Origin: Asterias rubens
Lineage: Eukaryota
Reading direction: 5' to 3'
DNA length: 64,000 nt
Assembly: GCF_902459465.1 (NCBI RefSeq)
Contig: NC_047062.1
Location: 22,072,001-22,136,000, forward strand
The notes below the pieces were generated by a model. The model ran no database searches. It saw only the letters and a program-made list of their open reading frames with translations, and had not been told where the DNA came from. A program made the position numbers and the translations under genes. Below are positions 57,901 to 64,000 of the stretch, in pieces. How positions within the stretch are numbered: the first letter of the stretch is position 1; each line of letters begins with the position of its first letter.

Positions 57901-60900
57901 ACTCCAGCTAAACAATGTCTTAGTTCAGTGTTTTGGTTGAGTAAATAGGAGATTGTAGCTAGAATGCAGAATGGTTTAAATTGAATTAGTCTGGTCTAAT
58001 GTATATTTATCACATAATGATTCAAATTTCTTTGTACAATCTACACAGCTTGCAGAATCCATCATCTCAACTCTGCTGAGTACAGCATGGCACGTCAAGG
58101 GACGCTACCACCTCATGTCCCGCCTTGTTCCCCACTGCAACGCCATCAACCTTCTAACACTGCACCCAGGTCTGCCCAGGGAGCTGCTGCACTGCCTAGG
58201 GACTAACTATCTAGCTGCTGCTGTGACTGAGCTGCACAATGCCTTGGTCAGGAAGATGGGGAAGGAGATGATGCCTGGGAAGGAGTCTGTTGGGAAGAGG
58301 ACGCAGGAAGATAAAGAGGAATTGACCAAGAGGTGGGGGAGCATCTGGGAGCAAGTGATGCTGCAGGGACTGTGCAACGATGACGGGTATGTTGTGTTGC
58401 TGTAAATATCTAAAGGAATATACTATAATCAGAATTGGTTTCTATCTAGTTAAAGAAGCATTTCCTTGAACTTAGCGGTCTAGTTCACCGGACCCAAGCT
58501 CTGGTGTTGTCATCAGCAGAGTGTGGGTTCGAATCCCGGTCATGACACTTTATTGCTAGATAACAAGGTGGAGGGTAGTGCAATCTGCTCTACCAGCAAG
58601 GCTCCTTGTGGATGATCTGTTGCCTACATCCAAATGGATTGTGAACGGGGTAACCCTGTTTCACTCCCAGGAGTAGGTGGCAACATGCCTCTGGTGACAG
58701 TTGATTTGAGTCGACCGTCCAAATCTGTAGCCCTTACCTCGAAGAGGCTGTCCAGCCTTGTGATATTAGGTTATCTCTCATAAAATTTGTTTACAAAGAT
58801 AACAGTAGTAATTATGGTGATTTTAAGAGAAGTTCATTTTTCTTGTGATCACAACTCTAGTATATTGTTCTCCTTCTGGTGATATAGTTTAGTGAGGTAT
58901 CACACGTCCAACTCCTGGATTCAATCTGCGATCAAGAGCTTCCCTGGTGTCTTCTCATTACTCATGAAGAGCCTGGATAACGAGCCACCCAATGATAACA
59001 CTGATGTACGTCGCCTACATGCCCGTATCATCCTGCTGAAAACTGCACGGTGCAATAACACCCTGGAGTCTGATTGGCTGGTGAGTTTCACAGAATGTCC
59101 ATTGACAAATCACATTTCCAAATTTACCAAACTCTTGGTCAAGTGGGTGTATTTCTGACTGTACCGATCACACTTTATTGTATTTATATACTATTTTAAA
59201 ATATATAACTTATATAGTTTTGGGGGGATTGCATGGTGAGGTATCAATGTTTGTGGTATTGTTTGTGGTAACGCCATGTATATATCTACTTTGCTTTGTA
59301 GATTTTGTTCTTGGGAAACTAGGTCTTGCTTTTTATTCTACTGCCACGGGATAGATTTCAAAACTTGCAAGACTCTGAAAAGAATGCTTAACTTGTTAAG
59401 TTGATTAATTTAGGGATTGTAATTGTTTAAAATATTAAGACGGACTGTTTAGAAAACGTAAATGTCTTTTCCCTTTGTTATATTAGGAGAAATACATGGA
59501 CATTGTCTCGGCAGGTCTCTGGCACCCTGAAAATGACATCCAAGGTGACTCTCTAAGTCTACTCTGCTGCTCCCCCAAGAAATCTGAGCTTCCTACCCCA
59601 TCTGAGATGCTTCTTCTCAAGAGGACATTCCCACACCTCCTGAACTCCGATTCGGCCAAATTCCGCAATTGTCTTCGCCACAACATAATCGTCTTTGTCG
59701 GCAGGTTATGTGACGGCGGTCTAGGTCTCCTGAAAAACTTGAGAAAGTTGGAAACAAAACTCGAATCATCTGTTGACGATCGGTGTCCGACTGACAAGGC
59801 ACACCCCATGGATGTCAAAAGGGGCGGAATGAAAGTGTCGGAGAAAAGAACTTCACAAGCTGATGAGATCAGAGAAAAGATTGATGTGTTGACTGAAAAA
59901 CTGCTCAGAGCCGTAGACGCTTTGGACTGTCTGATGGAAGTATGCTTTGGGTCACTGTTTCCGGGAGCTTGTTACCAGCGGAGACGAGTTGCTATGGAGA
60001 TTCTTGGGGTTATGTTTGACAACTTGATGGCCAGGGATAAACTGAAAGAGAAGAATGGTTCGTAGTTTCGTGGTTGGAATAATTTTAACACAATAAGTAT
60101 AAGTGGCAATGTATATTTTATTTGATATCACAAACTGATGCGTTATTTCTCCATTGGATGGCAATAATTTTGGGTGAGTTGTAGTTTAAAAGTGCAACAG
60201 CTTACAGGTATGAGATATTGCAGACTTTTATGCATGCTGAACAAAGTTGTGATTTTCTTCAACCTTGATGAAAATCATGCTCTTTGATTCACTTCTCCGG
60301 CCCCAAAAGATACTGATCCCAGAAGCTCCTTGATATCTATACAGGCATCATTCGGTCAATGACAACACTTCAATTTTGCCTCACTAGATCCACTCGGACA
60401 GGATGCTTCATGCCTGCACATAATATTTACTAAAAACTAATTTTTTCCTCAATATCTGAACAGCTGTTTCAGGTGATGTCATGACTTGGGCTGTTGATCA
60501 CGGGAAATGCAATTTGCTTTCTGAAAGGTATGTCACCATTTGTAAAATACAACTTATATAAGTATAAGTTTTTATAGATAAAAGTAACAGGTCTTGAACT
60601 TCGCTCTTGAAAGGGGTTTGTCAATTTTCCTCTTGTAAGGGTCACTTTATTGTATGAGGAAAACTTATTAGAAGTTTGCAAAGGGCACCACAGCAAAAGC
60701 ACAAGGTACCTAGGCAATTTCTGTTGGCGCCATGGGTTAATTAGAGGCCTGGTTGTAATATAGTGTTTTAATGATTTCTACACTGTGTTTACTGTTATAT
60801 GAGATCATAGCAGTATAGTGGCCTTTTCTCAGGAGTCTGTCAGTTATTATGCAGATGGTCATGGGTTTTCTTCAAACTTTGAAATCAATAGTGTTCAGTG

Positions 60901-63900
60901 CCCATAAATCAATGCATGACAAAACCATATTTTTTTTTGTCATCTATGTATTTTGTTATACATCTAGAAATGCCTCTATCCTTCTTGAGTGTATCCAAGA
61001 TAGCGCGAATGACCTGAGGTCATCATCATATCATCTCCTGTCCACCTACTTCCCTACTGCCTTGCCGTCCTCTGCCTCATATCCCTATACATCATCCTCG
61101 GAGATCCTCTGCCGGGCCCTGCAACTTGTGTCTAGCCCCAAACTACAGGAGAGCGAGGCAGGGGCATTACTGTCAAAGATGATCTTTTACAAGTGAGTGT
61201 TTTTGATTCACTTCTTGTGAGTTACTCTGTGTTGGTAAAAACAACATGGGAATGCGAGAAGAGTTACTGGTTTTTTGAACCGTTTTAATCATACAATAAA
61301 ACTTCTAAACATTTATTAAATGTTAAAATATTTGAGAAATCCCTATAAATCCGGAGCAAATATGCCCAAGCAGGAAAAATAATCCCTAATGGGAATACAC
61401 AATCTGAGAAATGTTACTGCAGAAACAGGTCTCAGAATGAAATTTTGGGCCATAAAAACTGCTATCTTTTTACATTTAATCATGTTACTTCGAAGTGAAA
61501 TGTTTATCAAAATGCTTTATACTATTGTAAGCTGATGTAGGCCTCCAAATAAATGTTTTTATTGCCATTAATTTTACCAAAATGATTACCAAAATGCATA
61601 CCTTCCCTTTAAATAAAAATATTGATTGGCTTATTTGCTTGGCTAATATAAACTATATGTGTAGAAGCTGACATTGAATTGTTTTCTTTTTCCAAAGACA
61701 CTCTGTTGTTAAAACACTGAATGCAAGCAGGTCTTCTCCGAGCTCACCAGTGAAATCTAACGGCATTTCCACAGAGAGGGGAACCGTCAACTTCATAGAG
61801 AGTCTGCTAACGAGTCTTATCTATCAGCTTAAGTGCTGCAAAAAGAATCTTCTACAAGCTGCTTCTGTAACGCCGATGCACGGTGAGCAATTGCCTTCGA
61901 CACAATCATCTAATTTTCCTATTTTTCAACTCCGTTTTCCCTTGTAGCATCAATTTTGGGACACTGACTTGAGTGGAAGATAACACAGGATAGACAAGTT
62001 CACTGAATGAAATTCTAACCGTAGCTTTTAGGTTTCAACTCCTCAATTAAGCTTCAAGTTGCTAAAGGGCTATTGGAAAAGGTTTTTGTTTTTTATACCA
62101 AATTTTTTAAATTGAAACCTAAAAGCTGTTGTTGTCGTGGTTGTACTAGTTACTACGGTTAGAATTTCATTTCAGTGAACTTGTCTATCCTGTGTTGTTT
62201 CTTATTGAGTTTAAGTTAAAGTTATTAATTTGTAAAAGTGGTTTATTTTAAGTGTTTATTTTAGATTTGGTTTTACATCCTGGTTTAATTTTCATATCGC
62301 TCCGAGTTTTAGATCTGTTTCTCTTAAAAGAATCACTCTGGTATCTTTACAGGTTTAATACGAGCCATCAAGAGCTGCATAACTGACCAGCCAACATCTT
62401 TACAGCAGATTTTCATCTCGGATTCCGATGGTTGGTCATCGCTGGTCGAGAAGCTCCTCGCAACTCTCCAAGACATCACTCAATTCATCCTCCTCATTCT
62501 ATCAGGGCAGAAGAAGACATCTCCTGTGTCAGCCAAGAAGGATGTTTCTGGCGCGGGCGGTAGCTCAGGAATGGCGCCCTCGTTTTGCCAGATGGGAGAG
62601 GCCATCGAGGGGCTGATAACAGAGATGGCTGCTTACCGGATCAACGATGATGATGATTATGATGGTGCGGGGGAAGATAAGATGATGTCGCTGTCTGAAG
62701 AGCATCAGTTGATCCTAGCTTGTTGTTGGCTCAATCTGAAGGTGATCCATCCTAATTTGTTAAGGTTTTGTTTCACAGGATACATTTTGACTTAAAAACC
62801 TTGCAATCTGTAAATTTGATAAAGGGGAAAAGGAACAGTAAAACATTCACATTCAGTTTACTAAAAGTTCCATTAAAATTGGCATACTGTGGCCGAGGGG
62901 GTAAGAGCACCAAATTCAACCTCTAGTGATTCTGTTTAGAGTGTGAGTGTGGGTTCGAGTCCTGATTGTAACCCTTGTGACACTTAGCAAAACACTTATC
63001 CATTATTGCTGGGTCCTTTGGATGGGACGTAAAGCCATTGGTCCTTTGTGTTGTGTAATGCACATAAAAGAGCCCAGTGCTTTTTTTGAAAAAAGAAGAG
63101 GTTTGCCTTAGTGTTCCTGGTTTGATTGGCTTCAAAATTGTAGCTCCACAATACCTTTCAAGAAAACACTAAATGTTGAAGTGCCTTTAGCGTCACTGAG
63201 TGATGCAAATTAGTGCTGTAAAAGGAACCATTACTATTATTGTATTGGAAGTAACGGTAAGATTAGAAAAAATGATTGATAAACATATGTTTACTTTTTC
63301 CTTTGGTCTTTGTCGCAGGAATGTAGTTTGCTCATAGGAGCCATAGTAGAGACGATGCCATTAAAAAGTCATGACCGTGACAATGGTGTATTGACCTTTG
63401 ACCAATTGACCCTCATGGCCAACTTACTGGTGGAGATTCTTACACGATGCAGGCACAAGGTAAATAATGTAATGTAAATAGTACCAGTTTTACCATAAGC
63501 CTTTTTGAGGTATGGGTGATCATTAGGTTTACGTGTAAACGCTGCGTTGCCTAAAATGCGCACTTCACTGAATAACATACGTTCTATTTCTATGGTCAAT
63601 ACGCACAAATTTACCACCACTTTACAGTGTTATAGCATTGTGTCCGCCATATCTCAAAAAGGCTTATTGATTTGGGGTTGCACAAAGAAAAATTTACTAG
63701 AGCTGGATTTGAACCAACGTCCTCCAGATTAACATGCCGGCTCTCTTACCAACTGAGCGTTCTAGCCCTATGTACGCGGTCTTCCAGTTTTACCATTGCT
63801 CTACATATCATAATGTACATGTGTATTAGCAATTCAGATGATCTCTTTTATACAGCCCGCACAAAGATCCTGGTTTTTCCACTCTTATAACATAACCAAA

Positions 63901-64000
63901 TATGTTTTCTTGTGTAGGGTGCCATAGACGGCTGCAATCAGGGCTTTGCAAAGCTTTGCTCCAGACTGCTGGCCAGTCAGCAACCCAAACTACAGTCCCT
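51906..64000 (+). CDS. THADA: THADA (Trm732 homolog, HEAT/ARM repeats, DUF2428), 5' 18 exons, 3'-truncated by window
   Basis: join(51906-52069,53147-53387,53973-54093,54607-54785,55058-55201,55790-55907,56269-56435,56837-56927,57355-57599,58049-58386,58888-59080,59487-60057,60464-60527,60968-61192,61698-61882,62353-62741,63319-63459,63918->64000), all GT-AG with consistent phases. Motifs WQSPVDGV, TLLSTAWHVKGRY, GSLFPGACYQRR, NLLQAASVTPMHG, LILACCWLNLKECSLLIG and LTRCRHKGAIDGCNQGFAKL match human THADA as recalled (WEHPLDAL, LEWHIKGKY, ALFPGSSYSTR, SLLQAAAAFPMYG, VLVCCWRSMKEVALLLG, LQSRHRGAFE). Confidence 0.93.
52385..52743. mobile_element. 359-bp TTAA-flanked MITE (AGCCATTGGACAC family)
   Basis: TTAA|AGCCATTGGACACTTTCGGTAC ... 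TACCGAAAGTGTCCAATGGCT|TTAA, colinear with 24571-24921. Confidence 0.88.
55960..56222 (+). mobile_element. V-domain-like SINE copy
   Basis: Colinear with 13475-13815 (GGTTCGTTTCC B-box, GAGTTTTGCGTTGGTTCTCT, CCGGTTTTCCTCCC, CGAACACGTTGTAG). Confidence 0.65.
62880..63135 (+). mobile_element. tRNA-headed SINE with Deu-domain-like core
   Basis: A-box GTGGCCGAGGGGGTAAGAGC, B-box GGTTCGAGTCC, and core CCTTTGGATGGGACGTAAAGCC resembling the Deu-SINE core as recalled. Related heads are at ~58470-58560(+), ~30470-30615(-) and ~21790-21850(-). Confidence 0.55.
63674..63769 (-). mobile_element. tRNA-derived SINE head
   Basis: The minus strand reads GGGCTAGAACGCTCAGTTGGTAAGAGAGCC...GGTTCAAATCCAGCTCTAGTAAATTTTTCTTTGTGCAACCCC, the same family as the 10536-11002 cluster. 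Confidence 0.65.

Noticed and set aside
59483-59818. Antisense ORFs over the large THADA exon (similarly 20158-21153 over the RNF8-like exon)
   Set aside because: These are shadow ORFs of real coding exons, with no independent evidence.
63674-63769. tRNA genes (also 10536-11002, 21390-21500, 43934-44025, 58470-58560, 62880-62960)
   Set aside because: A/B boxes are present, but acceptor and anticodon stems do not pair properly and the copies share non-tRNA tails, as expected for SINE heads.

Overview
AT-rich, intron-dense animal genomic DNA. It is not prokaryotic; an invertebrate deuterostome such as an echinoderm is my inference from protein divergence and the repeat families. Six spliced protein-coding genes can be rebuilt by hand with consistent exon phases: TMEM179-like (+), an RNF8-type RING E3 ligase apparently lacking the FHA domain (+, needs one GC-AG intron), DHTKD1 (+, 21 exons), RNASEH2C (-), a SMIM26-like microprotein (+, head-to-head with RNASEH2C) and THADA (+, runs off the right edge). 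Introns are full of short non-autonomous elements: TTAA-flanked Kolobok/piggyBac-type MITEs, CWG/TWA-flanked Harbinger-type MITEs, 8-bp-TSD and 2-bp-TSD MITEs, an 850-bp foldback, a Crypton-like hairpin element and several tRNA-derived SINE families. There is one 184-N gap. The most unusual observations are a 69-70-bp-period array of palindromic hairpins in an RNASEH2C intron, the FHA-less basic/acidic RNF8-like protein behind a GC donor, a foldback element with outward-facing splice donors in that gene's 5' intron, and a recurrent GAGGGCGC motif near gene starts. All homology calls come from my recollection of the human proteins, not from database searches.
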